Shown: positions 23,619-36,300, counted from the whole stretch's first letter. The stretch: 63,188 nt of DNA, filler included, from Licmophora abbreviata (GCA_900291995.1; 8 parts of 8 records of this genome joined end to end with filler, not necessarily neighbours in it), one strand, 5' to 3'. Numbers and translations are program-made. The notes: a model not told the origin generated them from the sequence alone.

Positions 23619-24990
23619 TTAGTTCCACGAGCTCCCGTACATCTGCGTCTCGGTCCTTCCGTGCAGTTCCTTCTTTGGTGGGACTTGTCCAGCGTAATGG
23701 TATTCGCCGCCCTCACGATCGCGAAAATTGACCGCATCACCCTTAATATCCGAGATACCCACCATGGCCGGTCCAAGTCCCGTGCTGACTTCCATCAGGA
23801 CCTTGGGATCCTTGAAATGCGTGGTCGCCTGCACAATAGCACGCGCGCGTGCTTCGGGGTTCTGGGACTTGAAGATGCCCGATCCAACAAAGACGCCATC
23901 CATACCCAGCTGCATCATGAGCGCGGCATCCGCTGGGGTGGCGACACCACCGGCCGCAAAGTTGACGACGGGGAGCTTTCCCTTTTCGGCCACTTCCTTG
24001 ACTAGCTCGTACGGGGCACGCATCTCTTTGGCGGCGACAAACAGCTCATCCTTGCTTAAGGATGTCAACCGACGAATCTCTCCCTGGACCGTACGGGCGT
24101 GACGCACAGCCTCCACAACATTGCCCGTACCCGCCTCACCCTTGGTACGAAGCATGCAGGCACCCTCAGCGATACGACGAAGCGCTTCGCCCAAGTTGCG
24201 GCATCCACAGACGAAAGGAACATTAAACTGAGTCTTGTCCGTGTGGTGAGTATCATCAGCCATGGTAAGAACTTCCGATTCGTCAATGTAATCAATCTCG
24301 CATGCCTCCAAGATCTGCGCCTCGACAAAGTGCCCGATACGAGCTTTGGCCATGACGGGGATGGTGACGGTATTCTTGATTTCCTTGACGAGGGCGGGAT
24401 CCGACATGCGGGCGACTCCACCGTCGCGACGAATGTCGGCCGGGATACGCTCCAGAGCCATGACGGCGACCGCACCAGCAGCTTCAGCAATCTTGGCCTG
24501 CTCTACGTTCATCACGTCCATCTAGAGGATAGAACAGAAAAGGGAATTTGTGAGCCCGACGTCAAACAAGCGCGTCGTTTCGAAACCAGAGCGCGCCAAA
24601 ACTCGTCGCCGCTTCGACTGCCCAAAGGAAACATAAGGGCACCAAGCTTCAGGCCAGACATTGTCTCTTCAAGCTGCTAGCCGTCGACTAGATCCATCGC
24701 TATCGTCCATCGCAGCTCTCGTCGTCGTCTCCTGTTCACGATCTGGTCCCAAGTTCACAAACTTCATATTTCGCCTTTAGGATTGTGCCCTTGTCGACGC
24801 AATTAGCATAGAAATCTTCAGACTTGACGTCACCCAAAACTAGAAGGACGCGCGCCACAAGAATCCAGTCGAGTTCGAAACAACTTACAATCACGCCGCC
24901 CTTGAGCATCTGTGCCAGTCCCATCTTGACAGTGTTTGTGCCCACTCGTGGGGCGCCATTGCCGTTTCCGTTTCCGTTTGTTCCAGTCAT
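23619..24990 (-). CDS. PDX1: Pyridoxal 5'-phosphate synthase subunit PDX1
   Basis: Exon 24990-24889 ([11 protein letters not shown]), intron 24888-24522, then [32 protein letters not shown] and [19 protein letters not shown]. Confidence 0.96.
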
Positions 24991-25377
24991 GATGAAAGAG
25001 CGAGAGACGAATACTCGAGTGATGATTGTGTGAGAATGAAACGTGCCACTCACACTCGGGGAATGAACAGAAAATGTGAGGTTGAATTTGGATGGTCGAG
25101 CTTCGCACACGTAGAACTCAGTAGGAGTTTTACACAAATCACGAGGTCTGACTCAGGGAGCGCGAACCGGAAGAAGGACGGTGACTCATCAACAGATGAA
25201 TTTCAAGCGCAGTTTCGCACCAGCAAGGCGCACCTCGAGCTAAACTGTAATCCCTATTCTGCAACAGCGTACCTAGTACTGAACAGTATACCTACAACGG
25301 ACACTGGCGTAGACCACTTTGGGCATAAGCCGGGACATACAATGCGTGATAGACTCAAATATGCATCATTCTACCAT

Positions 25378-28311
25378 CTAACTATCCATGGTGTCAACCG
25401 TCTTCTCCACACTTCGATCTGATTCGTCCTCATTCAGATGCGAGTTCGTTCTCGTAAACATGCTCTTCAGCAACACTTGCTGGCCCTCTCGATTCTGGTG
25501 TGCCCTTCTAATCTTCGCAATGAACATGCCCGCACCTAGACCTGTCCTGGTACCCGTGACGACCTCGGCGTCGAATAGTGCCCGCCGTCCCTCAATCGCT
25601 GCTTCGCCGTCGATGTCTTCTCGTCGATCTCGTTCCTGTTGCTTGTCCCATTGGTCAATGAAGGAATTCACAATGAATGCGATCACGAGATTGTTTACCA
25701 ATACGACCCCCAGGATGTGGAATGCCAAGAAGAAGAGCCGCGTGTATTTGCTCTGCGTGACCGCTTCGAATCCAATCGCACACTCCGTCCAGTTGTTGAC
25801 GACAAGTAAATTGAACAGGACATTGATTCCGGACAACATGTCGTTGAAGTTGTTTGCCCAATAGTCGTTGTCGGTAAAATCTGTTGCACCGAGTAGCAAG
25901 TATGACAAAGGATCGGCCGGATCGCGCGAAATCATGCCTCCGTACAGCATCATGCCAAGTGCGGCAAACGCGTACATGATGCAGAATAACAACAAGAACA
26001 CATTCTTGGCCATAGGTAAAATGTCAATGGAAATGTTGGCGATGACTTGAAAGGGACGCATTGCGGTGAGAAGACGTGACAGACGTAGCACACGAGCCAT
26101 GACTACGTATCGAATCAATCGGCTGTCGCTGAACTTGTTGGGGTAGTACACGTAGGCTGTAGCGAGAACAGACAATACGGTGATGGTCAAGTCGAAGGAA
26201 TTCTTGCCTGACTCGCGAAACCGTTTCCAGCCAAACACGAGAATCTTGCAAATGATCTCAAGTGAATACACAGCTGTGAACAAAGTCTCAATGGCCTCCC
26301 AAATAGTGTCGATTTCACCGTCGGCAATGTGTGGATTCTCATCGACCGAGCGTCCCGCGAGCAGAGGATACGATTGGATGCCGATGACAATCGCATTCAG
26401 GATGAGAATACCATCAACTACAAGCTCGAAGGTGTGAGATCGAATTGCTTCGCAAAAGGTCTAATGAGAAATGTACACGGTTCGTCCTCGTTAGTCAATT
26501 GAGAGGGTCGAGCAGCGAATGTAGCAACGTGTCGGTTCGTACCTGATATCCTGCGGAATGAAAGACGTTTGGAAATCGACGTTCCACTAAGGTGATATAC
26601 GAAGACGTGCGCTCAAACTCCAACAGCAGAACGTTCCCGAAGTTTAAAAACTCTTCCTCCGAAATGGTGCTCGATCCGTCCTTGTCCAGAATAGCAAACA
26701 GAAGATTGGCCTCGTCCTTCCGAATCGTTCTACGATGGTAGAGTGTCAACTATTGTATGAGTCACGCTTGAGGATGGGCCAATCATACAGTCTTTTGGTT
26801 TTGCTGCACCAGGGTACTCACCGAAACTCGGGAAAATCTTGATTCAGAATGAGAAAGAGCGCCATGACGGTATCCCGATTGATCCGCACCTTGCCTTTGT
26901 CGGTAAGCAGCTTGAAGGCGTGTTTCAAGTTTGTTGTCGTTGAAAGCTCGCTCTGCTGCTTTCTCATATCAAGCTCATTGTCATAGTGATTCACGACGGA
27001 CGCGAGAATGACATTCATCATGAAGAAGAAGGTGACAACCATGAAAGCGACAAAGTAGACCGTCACTGCTCGGTGCTGGTTGTAAGCCGGCATCATCACA
27101 TCTGGATAGTTGGCAGTCGTCACGCAAATCCACAGCGTCCACATAGCCTCAATCAAGTTGGAAAAGTACAGGGCGCCTTCTTCGGTGTCGTAGAAGGCCA
27201 CGACACCGATCCATGCCCAAAAGACTATGACCAGAAATAGAAGAACCAAAACATAAAACACCTCCGGGATCTAGACGAATGGCAGGATAGGGAAAATGTT
27301 GAGATGCAAACTGAACACGGCACTACGAGAAGGTCCTGCTGATCTATTGCTTACCAGCATGATGAGCGTCTTGATTTCACGTCGACTGTCGTGGGAAAAG
27401 GCAAGGAGCAGCAAGATGCGCCAAAAAGGTGCAGCATGTCGTCTGCTGCCCGTGTTGAAGGACACAACCATACCGAAAATCATTCCCGCCAGCGCAAGCA
27501 GTTCCATCAAGCGTACAGCTCGTGCGGGACCCTTTCGCACGAAACGGGTAAGAGACATGCCATCGCGGCCAATGCGGAGTAGTAGGAATGTAACAATCAA
27601 GGCAATGCAACACGTCTCCACGATTAGCCCCTGATTAGGGGTCAACAACATGGCACCAAAGTTTGGATAGTAATCGACCTCCTGCACCGCATTCGGATCG
27701 TCGGCTGGAGGGCCTCTCTTACTCAGAATCTGTCTGCAATGATAGTTGTCATTGAATCCATCGTCGTCATCGTCCTGGGCCATAGAGACTCGATCAAACG
27801 AACGGCACCACGAGGGTGGCTCCAAAAAGCTCAAAATCACCAGGACCCACACAGCCAGGTCCAACACGTGTCGAAAGGATCGATTGGCACAGATCCTCCG
27901 ACACAGGATGCTTACAATGTTTCGAAACTGGTCGTCCTCATTGATATAGGGATCGTAGGCGCCTTCCGCCGGGTTCTCAACTTCGCCCAAGACAGCATCT
28001 CGAATCAAGAAGGCGGCCTGTCCCACGCCAGGCTTGTCCAAGGCCTCTTCACGTTCTGAATGAGTAAGGTCTTTATAGAACGAGGAGGAGTGGCGCCTCA
28101 GATACCTTCCAAACATGGATCTTCTCGATGAGGAAGAATGCGCCGAGGAGTCGTCATTCGATGATGGGCTTGCCTCCAAACTGCTAGCCCGGCGTTCTGA
28201 AGCGCATGGAGCTACATCATCTCCAAATCTCACGCCCCTGCCGCTCTCAGCCTGTCCCAATAGTGGTGTCTCTTCTCCAGTCGAGGTGCTGTCGGTAGTA
28301 TTCGTGCTCAT
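25378..28311 (-). CDS. TPC: Two-pore channel (TPC1-like) with EF-hand linker
   Basis: Two 6-TM repeats with pore loops TTANYPDVMMPAY and LVVNNW, EF-hand DKDGSSTISEEEF, and N-terminal EETPLL dileucine. Introns 27354-27271, 26821-26730 and 26542-26461. Confidence 0.9.
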
Positions 28312-28848
28312 GGTGCTAAACTATGGAAGGGTTTTGCTCTGCTTCCCATCATTAGACGGAAGTATGTCGCGATAGAAACTGGCGGGGTTCATCAAGTTTC
28401 AAATTCCGAAAGTGAGGCGCCAGCACGAGTTTGGTAAATTGTTTAGCTACTAAGAGAGCTCGCAACAGAAAAGTTACTGTCAAACCTTTTAGACTACAAG
28501 AGAGCAGCCTCGGACCAGGCTTTGCCAAACCTTTTCCTGCCTGGTACCATTCTAAGAACTATTGCATGTTCCCTGTATTGCTTACTATACGATGGCACTT
28601 TTTCTACCGCTCCACATAGTCTACTCATGACTTCCTATTCTATGCAGCTGATTGTTGCCTCCTTTATTGTATTCCTCATACCATAATGTTTCGCGCTCGT
28701 ATCTTCCGAACTTTTTCTCCAAGATTTCAAACACGCGGCATTGCCACATTGTCATCGGCGACAACATATCATCCGTTAGTGTCGTTGTTGTTGCTCTGAC
28801 TGTATCGCCGTCCTATTAATTTCCTTCCTCTGCCCTATTGCCACAATC

Positions 28849-30670
28849 ATGCCCGGCTGGCTACGTCAGTCCTTGACAACGTTGGCCAACGACATCGCAG
28901 ACGAGGCGGTGGAGAAAATTACAGAACAAATTGGTACTCAAATTGGCGATGCGGAACTGTCACCCGTGTTGGAAAATCTGAAAGAATGCGGCCTCAAGAC
29001 CAACACTTTGTCATCCGAAACGACGGAACTTTGCGTGCAGACACTCAACAAGTCCACCACCATGCTCGAACTGGCCAGTGATATTCGCAGTACACTACAA
29101 TCGTGCGATGGAAGCTCGTTGGGTGCTTCCAAACTGGACATGATTCGTGACTTGCTCAGTGGCGACAAACTATCAACTGCCATGGGACTGGCCGAAAGCA
29201 TGTCTCAGGACGCTCTTGAATGTGTAAATAAAAGCGTTGNNNNNNNNNNNNNNNNNNNNNNNNNNNNNNNNNNNNNNNNNNNNTTAATTAATTAANNNNN
29301 NNNNNNNNNNNNNNNNNNNNNNNNNNNNNNNNNNNNNNNGCGTTGAGATGATGGCGACCATGGAAAAATCATTGGATGATCTTCCTGAGCCTCTTCAACT
29401 AGCCATCGATACGGCCATGAGTACTAGTAGTAATGGAGGCGAAGCCCGGCCGTCCGGTGTCACAGGCTCCGCAACAAATTCCGTTGAGCAGGATGTGGAG
29501 GATGTCCAAAGATGCATTCAAAGTATTCGTCAGCTGAACTTGATGACAGCCATGGAGGTCGGCCTCGGCGCTTTTGAGAGTCTAACGAACAAGGCCGAGG
29601 TGACACGGGACATGCTCAGCAATATGAAAAGCTATTCTACCAATGTTCGTGACATTACCGGAGCCTTTAGTGACTTGCAAATTCGCAAGATCGTAGCAAG
29701 CGTCAAGGATATTTGGAAGTGTTTGCACATGACGGGCGTTATGCGGGAACTGGCGGAGGGACTTGGGAAGCTACTGCAAGTTGTCGTTCATCTATTCCAA
29801 GAGACATCGACACGCATCAGCGGCCTCTGGCAGGCACTGGCCTTTGCCAAGGACTGTATGAGTGATGTGAGTAGCCAAGTAGAGCAGGTCAAGGCCCTCT
29901 GTGGTACAGCGCAGGATAAGAGCGTGACTTTAATTAACGCGACAAGAAGTATTAAGGATCAGTTGGAGGATATGGGAGAGCTGAACGCATCCTCTGTGTC
30001 GGCGTTTCGTGAACTGTCTGACGGAGAAGAGATAAGATCATCTGTTCAGTTAGCCCAAGAGATGGATGACCAAGTGTTGAGGTGTGTCGATAATGTTGTG
30101 GGAATGATCGATCGGGTATCAGAAGGAGTCAAGAGCCTTCCTCCGATCATTACGGACGACATTCCAGAAGATGCCGGCAAACGCGACGATGATCCTGTGG
30201 TACCCGACGTGCAGAGTGACATTCAGGACTTGGAACATAGCCGGCAGGCGATTGAAGACGCTAATCTGGTTTTAGCGGTCAAGGAAGGCTCGAGGGGCTT
30301 TTCGGGAGTGGCCGACAAGGTGACTATTTGCAAGGATATGCTTGGAGTACTCCAGACTTTCGCTGATAGCTGCATTGCCGCTATTCAGTCTTTCCTGGGA
30401 GTCTGGGACCTCCAAACGGCTATCGAGAAGATAAAGGGGATGTTTCGTATCGTGAACCTGGGCGAACTGATGAAGCAGTTTGCAAATCAAATCAAACATC
30501 TTATCCTTGCGGCAATTGCCTTGATGAAAGCTGCCATCGACAAGTTCAGCGATGTGGACTTGTCGGACTTTGCTGGTAGTCTCAAGGAGAGTATTGGTGG
30601 TGCGATCGATCAGGCGGCGAATCTAGTGGAGGACCTCAACCTGAAGAAGCTTCGGTTCTGGAAAAAGTAG
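28849..30670 (+). CDS. Uncharacterised all-helical protein with an internal duplication; spans an assembly spacer
   Basis: The ORFs on both sides of the gap at 29240-29339 share the overlap gcgttg, which restores ...NKSVEMMAT... in frame. Confidence 0.7.
29240..29339. other. Artificial contig spacer
   Basis: Same 100-nt linker. Confidence 0.97.
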
Positions 30671-30934
30671 TCAGCTGTTGGTCCTTGGCGGCCTCTAGAG
30701 CTAGATAGCTGAAGGGGAAAGCAGAGATCTGTGAGAAGGTTAAGTCACTCGTAGTCTTACCATGCAGGTGTACTAGACCGACCGGTACCGGCATCATCTC
30801 ACTTTAGTCTAACTCTTATGTGGCATCGGTCGATCCATTCACTGCATATCGAACTCCATTCTGAGCTAAAAGCGCGCGAACGAAGATGCATTTGACGCCC
30901 GCACTGTACTCGTATGTGCACACTGTCCTGTACC

Positions 30935-32216
30935 ATGGGATCGGGACGAGCCCGTCCGAGCGTGCTTCGGATGCTGCTTGTTGTTGCCACTGCTCTCCAG
31001 CGAAGCCCTTTAATTCCCGTTTCAGGCTTTCGACCGGTTCCATTCAGAGCCTCTTTCTCGTCTCTCAAAATGTCTTCATCATTCTCGTCTGCAGTCGCTT
31101 CCGAGGCTCGTGCTCAGAAACTGTTCTACAGGACGCCCTTGATTCGCTCGGATCCGCTTTCCAGTAGTAGCCGAGGGTCGGCTGTAGTAGTCGAGGNNNN
31201 NNNNNNNNNNNNNNNNNNNNNNNNNNNNNNNNNNNNNNNNTTAATTAATTAANNNNNNNNNNNNNNNNNNNNNNNNNNNNNNNNNNNNNNNNNNNNCGCT
31301 TTCCCGTTTGACTGGATCCCCCGTCTTTCTCAAACTCGACGCACTTCAGAACTCGGGTAGCTTCAAGGACCGCGGCATGGCGCACTTGTGTTTGGAACTT
31401 AAGAACAATGGAGTCACCAAAATTATTAGCAGCTCCGGAGGCAATGCTGGTCTGGCTGCGGCGACCGTGGCAAGGCAACTTGACTTGGACTGTACGGTGG
31501 TGGTGCCCACGACGACCAAACCACTCGTCGTGGCCAAACTCGAGTCGCTCGGGGCCAAGGTACAAGTCATTGGGGAAAATTGGAACGCAGCGGATGCGGT
31601 CGTTCAGCAAATGGTCCAGGAGGACGAGGCTGCCGCCTACATACCGCCCTACGAGAATCCATTGCTGTGGACGGGTCACTCAACAGTCGTGGATGAGATC
31701 TACGAGGAGCTTTCAGCCGATAAAGAAGATATGCCTAGTACGATCATTGCTAGTGTCGGAGGTGGAGGACTCATCTGTGGCGTACTCGAAGGCCTAGATC
31801 GACGCAATGCCAAATGCAACGTGGTTGCAGCCGAGACGGAGGGAGCGTCCAGTTTCGCCCAAGCTTGGAACTCGGGTGAGCTGGTAACGCTGTCAAGCAT
31901 TGACAGTGTTGCAACCTCGCTCGGTGCGCTGCGAGTCTCAGAAACAGCCTTGGAACGGTCCAAGAGCCACGAGGCAAAGTCGTTGGGGACCGTCAAGACT
32001 GCCATTTGCACCGATGCGGAAGCGGTTGATGCCTGCTTGCAGTTTGCCCGTGACCACCGCATGCTTGTAGAACCTGCTTGTGGTGCGGCTTTGGCAGTTG
32101 TGTATTCTGAACGACTACGAAATGACATCCAGGGTCCGATTGTCGTGGAAGTGTGTGGAGGTAGCGGTGTCAATCTCGAACTGCTCCATCAATGGAAGGA
32201 GCAGCTTTCTCTCTAG
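30935..32216 (+). CDS. L-serine/threonine dehydratase (SDS-like, PLP fold II), probably organelle-targeted; spans a spacer
   Basis: Motifs RTPL, LKLDALQNSGSFKDRG, SSGGNAG, SVGGGGL, VEPACGA and VCGGSG. N-terminal presequence VSG-FRP. Confidence 0.88.
31197..31296. other. Artificial contig spacer
   Basis: Same 100-nt linker. Confidence 0.97.
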
Positions 32217-32682
32217 CGAACAATGCTTTGGTAGAACACGTGATGATGTAGCGTGTTCACAGCGCGACTATCTCTCTTTACTATCTATCCATTTGCAACC
32301 ATGCAATGTTCTCGCTCTTTCATATACAGTAGCCCCGCCTCGCCCCGCCCCTTCTTGTCCTGAACGAATCCTGCCCACTGTCAATTCGCTCGCTCGCCCG
32401 GGAAAGCAGAGAGGGCAGTAGTGAGTTCCATGACTGGCATCGCAAACTCACGCACACGACGCCGTTCAGCGCATTGGCTTACCTGGTTTTTTATTAATTT
32501 AGTATGAGATTGAAGAGCAAGGTGCGGGAGTTCCGCGAGAGATAGAGGGGGCGATTACAGAACAGAAGGAACGATTGCAGTACACGAAAAATACAAGTCA
32601 CGAAAAACGCCAAAAATCGGGGGGAAACTTCTCTCTATCTCCTGGGGCACTCTCGAGAGACCGTAGTCCTCAATCTCTCTCT

Positions 32683-34197
32683 CTAGCGAAGCTGCATGGT
32701 TTTGCTAAACTTCATGGTTGTCAACTCTGCACTGGTCGCACTGCGTTTCTTCGACATGGACTTGCCTGGAGGAGCAAAGACGTCCCAAAATCGGAGCGTT
32801 TCGTCTGCGGCAGCAGACACAACGGTTCCTGAAGGTCCGCAAGCCATGTGCAACACGCGAGCCGTGTGGCCTTCGAGTTCCTTAATCTTGGCCATGGACG
32901 GGTACTTCCAAAGACAGAGCTGATTGCGAGCAAAGCCATGCGATGACAGGATTTCATTCTCGAAGGGATTCCACTGAAGAGCGCAGACCTGAGATTCCGT
33001 GTCAATCGAATTCAGGAGCGCCCCCGTCTGAGAATTCCAAAACTTGATGGTACGATCGGCTGTACCACCGCCCGTAGCCAAAACGTTGCGCTCGTGAGGA
33101 GACCACGCGAGAGCCTTGACCGCCGCTTGATGGTCCGTTAACTCGAAACGTGGAGAGGAATTTGCAGCCGATAGACCGGCGTCCCAAAGGCAGAGCTTGT
33201 TATCGTTCCCTCCAGATGCTAACATTCGACCCTCTGGACACCACGACAATCCGCACACCTCCTGGCTGTGGCTGCTCATCGTCGCCACACTGTGGCGAGC
33301 CACACGAACGTCGTGGTTGACAATGAGCGTATCACGGCTTCCAGAAGACAAGAGGTGACGGTTCCATGCTAGAGCACCGACGCGTTCCGTGTGTCCATCC
33401 ATGGAGCGAAGCTGCTTGCCGGCGCGGACGTCCCAGAGTTGCGTGGTACCGGCAGACGTGCCAATGGCCAGGTGCGCACCACCTTCCTGTACCCAAGACA
33501 CTGAGGAAATGTGAGCATTCGCGTCGCCCTCGAAAGTACAGAGCTCTTGAATGTCACCCGTGGCAGCGTTCCATAGGTAGACAGTCTGAGACAGAGCCAC
33601 CGCGAGAGTGTTGGTGTCACTCCAAGACAAGAGGTTCAGATAGTAATCGTCCATCAAGTCAGGAGCATCGAGAATGCGACTGGGCGCTGACGGAATTTGG
33701 CGACTGACGATCTTAGAGCTGTTAAGAGTCTTCTTACTGGAAACACCCGCCGTTGTCGAGTACAGGATGTTGAGGTTGTTGACGGTGTCTCCGCGAGGAG
33801 CTGGCGCCTTGTCCTTGAAACTCAAGATGCGATGAGAAGAGCTTCCCTTGCTGTCGTCCAAACCAAGCATGGTAGCGCCCAAGACAGACTTGTAGTCTTC
33901 CTTGTTCGCTTCCGAGACGACGTTCATGGAAGAGTTGGCGGAAACGTTTTCCTCGTTGTCATCTGCATGACGCAGCAGATGCGCCGATATTTCCATATCC
34001 ATGGCTCCACGGTTCGGAATGAAGCGGTCCCCAGACTTGACATGGAGAGAAGAGGAGGAGGCTAGCGATGATGACGAGGAGGTCTTGGCGAGAGCCTTGC
34101 GTTCCCATCGAGGGCGGACGCTGCTGCGTACAGCCTTGTTGGAATCACAAAAGGAGGTAGAGAGAAGGTCTTCATACTCGACAATCGAGTTAGACAT
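32683..34197 (-). CDS. CDC20: APC/C activator CDC20 (fizzy)
   Basis: C-box DRFIPNR, RILSF Mad2-binding motif, LDAPDLMDDYYLNLL, seven-blade WD40 region, and LR tail. Confidence 0.95.
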   Translation of the reverse strand: MSNSIVEYEDLLSTSFCDSNKAVRSSVRPRWERKALAKTSSSSSLASSSSLHVKSGDRFIPNRGAMDMEISAHLLRHADDNEENVSANSSMNVVSEANKEDYKSVLGATMLGLDDSKGSSSHRILSFKDKAPAPRGDTVNNLNILYSTTAGVSSKKTLNSSKIVSRQIPSAPSRILDAPDLMDDYYLNLLSWSDTNTLAVALSQTVYLWNAATGDIQELCTFEGDANAHISSVSWVQEGGAHLAIGTSAGTTQLWDVRAGKQLRSMDGHTERVGALAWNRHLLSSGSRDTLIVNHDVRVARHSVATMSSHSQEVCGLSWCPEGRMLASGGNDNKLCLWDAGLSAANSSPRFELTDHQAAVKALAWSPHERNVLATGGGTADRTIKFWNSQTGALLNSIDTESQVCALQWNPFENEILSSHGFARNQLCLWKYPSMAKIKELEGHTARVLHMACGPSGTVVSAAADETLRFWDVFAPPGKSMSKKRSATSAELTTMKFSKTMQLR

Positions 34198-34948
34198 GTT
34201 CTTTCTTTTATTAGCCGAGTCGCTACTGAGACGATATGCGAAGAAAGGAGATCAAAGAAACAGGGTTATGTCAGTGGGCGATGACGGATTGCAAGGAAGC
34301 GAATCACTTCATCAGTCGTCGATACGAAGAAAATGATTCGCGTATGACCAGTTTAAACATTCAAGCCAAAACACGACTGATCTTGATCCATGAGAGACTA
34401 GAGTCACTCAGAAAAACGATAAAACGATCATCTCTTACCTGACAGAGAATGATGAAGTGGCGGAGTGTCGCGAATGACGCGACGCAGCCGACAAATTTGC
34501 AGGATGATGATGGTGATGCTGGTTCATGACGATGTTGGTGGAGTTTGTGATATCGCCAAAATTGTGAGGAAAAAAGCGAGCGGGCCAAGGCTGTAACGGC
34601 ATTTTTGGAAACCTACGTTTAGGATTGAATTGTATTCATGGCTGACAGTAGATACTTGCTGTATACAAAGAAGATGGCATCAGGAATCTTGCTTCATAGA
34701 ATGAAAAAAATAGGTTTTGAGTCGGAGGAGCTGGCACCACGAAACTTGTGAAGAAGGATCCCATAGCTCTACGTGATTTTTGTACTGCGCTCTACGACGT
34801 GTTCCCAAAATCGAAAAAGATTCACATCGAATAAGTCCAATCGTTGCTGCTGTCGTAGTTGTTGTTGCCCATACTGCTGTTTCAGAAGCAAAAGCAACTT
34901 CATTCCGCACTTGAGAAATATCACTCCATCCCAAATAGATAAGAAATC

Positions 34949-35818
34949 ATGGACAGAGTATTGAGAGGCATGGGAAGCGCCTCTGGCGCTCTGGCGGTCG
35001 GCGCTTTCACCGTCTCGTCCTGCATCTACAACGTCGATGGAGGCGAACGCGCTGTCATGTTTGATACCTTGCGCGGCGGTATTCTCCCCGATGTACGTGG
35101 CGAAGGAACGCATTTCATCATTCCGATCATTCAGCGTCCTGTCATTATCGATGTGCGTACCAAGCCTAGGGAAATTCCCAGTGTGACAGGTACCAAGGAT
35201 CTGCAGATGGTCAACATCAAGCTTCGTGTCTTGTGGAGGCCGGTCGTCGAGGAACTTCCTCGGTTGTACCGAGAACTTGGTATCGACTTTGATGAGCGCG
35301 TCTTGCCAAGTATCGGTAATGAGGTTCTCAAGAGTGTTGTGGCGCAGTACAATGCTGAAGAGCTTCTCAGCAAGCGTGGGGAAGTCAGTACCCGAATCAA
35401 GGAGGAGCTCATGAAGCGGGCCGCCACTTTTCACTTGACTCTGGATGATGTAGCCATTACGCACTTGACCTTTGGACGTGAATTCATGAAGGCCATTGAA
35501 GCCAAGCAGGTGGCTTCGCAGGAAGCCGAACGACAGCAGTGGGTCGTGAAACGGGCTGAGCAGGAGCGTCAAGCGGTCGTGACGCGAGCGGAAGGAGAGG
35601 CGGAAGCTGCCGGCATCATCACCAAGGCGATGGAAAAGACAGGCAACGCTATTATCGAGGTTCGTCGTATCGACGCAGCCAAGGACATTGCGGCCAAACT
35701 TGCCAACTCGCGCAATATTGTGTACTTGCCGGGTGGTGCCTCGGGAGGTAGTGGTGGCAGTGGAGGAGGATCAGGTAACAGCGGATCTAACCTCTTGCTG
35801 GGAATTGATACTAAGTAG
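34949..35818 (+). CDS. PHB1: Prohibitin 1
   Basis: Motifs YNVDGGERAVMFD, TGTKDLQMV, ERVLPSIGNEVLKSVVAQ and AIEAKQVA.QEAER. Confidence 0.95.
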   Translation: MDRVLRGMGSASGALAVGAFTVSSCIYNVDGGERAVMFDTLRGGILPDVRGEGTHFIIPIIQRPVIIDVRTKPREIPSVTGTKDLQMVNIKLRVLWRPVVEELPRLYRELGIDFDERVLPSIGNEVLKSVVAQYNAEELLSKRGEVSTRIKEELMKRAATFHLTLDDVAITHLTFGREFMKAIEAKQVASQEAERQQWVVKRAEQERQAVVTRAEGEAEAAGIITKAMEKTGNAIIEVRRIDAAKDIAAKLANSRNIVYLPGGASGGSGGSGGGSGNSGSNLLLGIDTK

Positions 35819-36300
35819 GAAGATATACACAGAGAGTTAATCATTCAATTATAAAACAGTTTCTCTGCTGATGGAATCTGAGGGGTACGACGCTTCCGTT
35901 GCTACCAAGGACAGTCTACATATCCTAGTATCTTTCATCACCTTGCTCCGGACGTCGGCAAGGAAGCATTTTGCTTCTTAGCTCGCGACGGCTGAAAGCA
36001 ATGAGCTGACTCTGGCCTGCTAGAAGTGGATTCCAGTGGGCAGATTGCCATGTAACAGGCAACCCGAGTCAGTCTCTGCCGCCGGTAAATACCGATGGAC
36101 TAGACCAGAGAAAAGTCCGCGGGGCTCCATTCTACTTCGTCGCACACTCCATTGATTCATTCCATTCGATTCATTCGAAGGCATGACTGCCGAGCTTTCC
36201 ACACCACAAAGTATTGAAAAAGCTCGCATGCCTCGTCGGACGGCAGGGGTTTTACCCATGGTCGGAAGGTACCGGTATCCAATGCCCCACAGTTCATCAC

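Noticed and set aside
11255..32216. Possible cofactor or metabolic gene cluster (DGAT2, NAPRT, LDH, PDX1, PLP-dependent dehydratase)
   Set aside because: The genes are interspersed with unrelated housekeeping genes and assembly spacers, and there is no coherent pathway.
32683..34197. CDC20 with an LR tail and EEN instead of IR and KEN
   Set aside because: These are conservative variants, not evidence of a new function.
34769..35572. Long antisense ORFs (267 aa here; also 60323-61081, 46496-47146 and 24099-24680)
   Set aside because: They are shadow frames opposite well-supported genes and contain no recognisable motifs.
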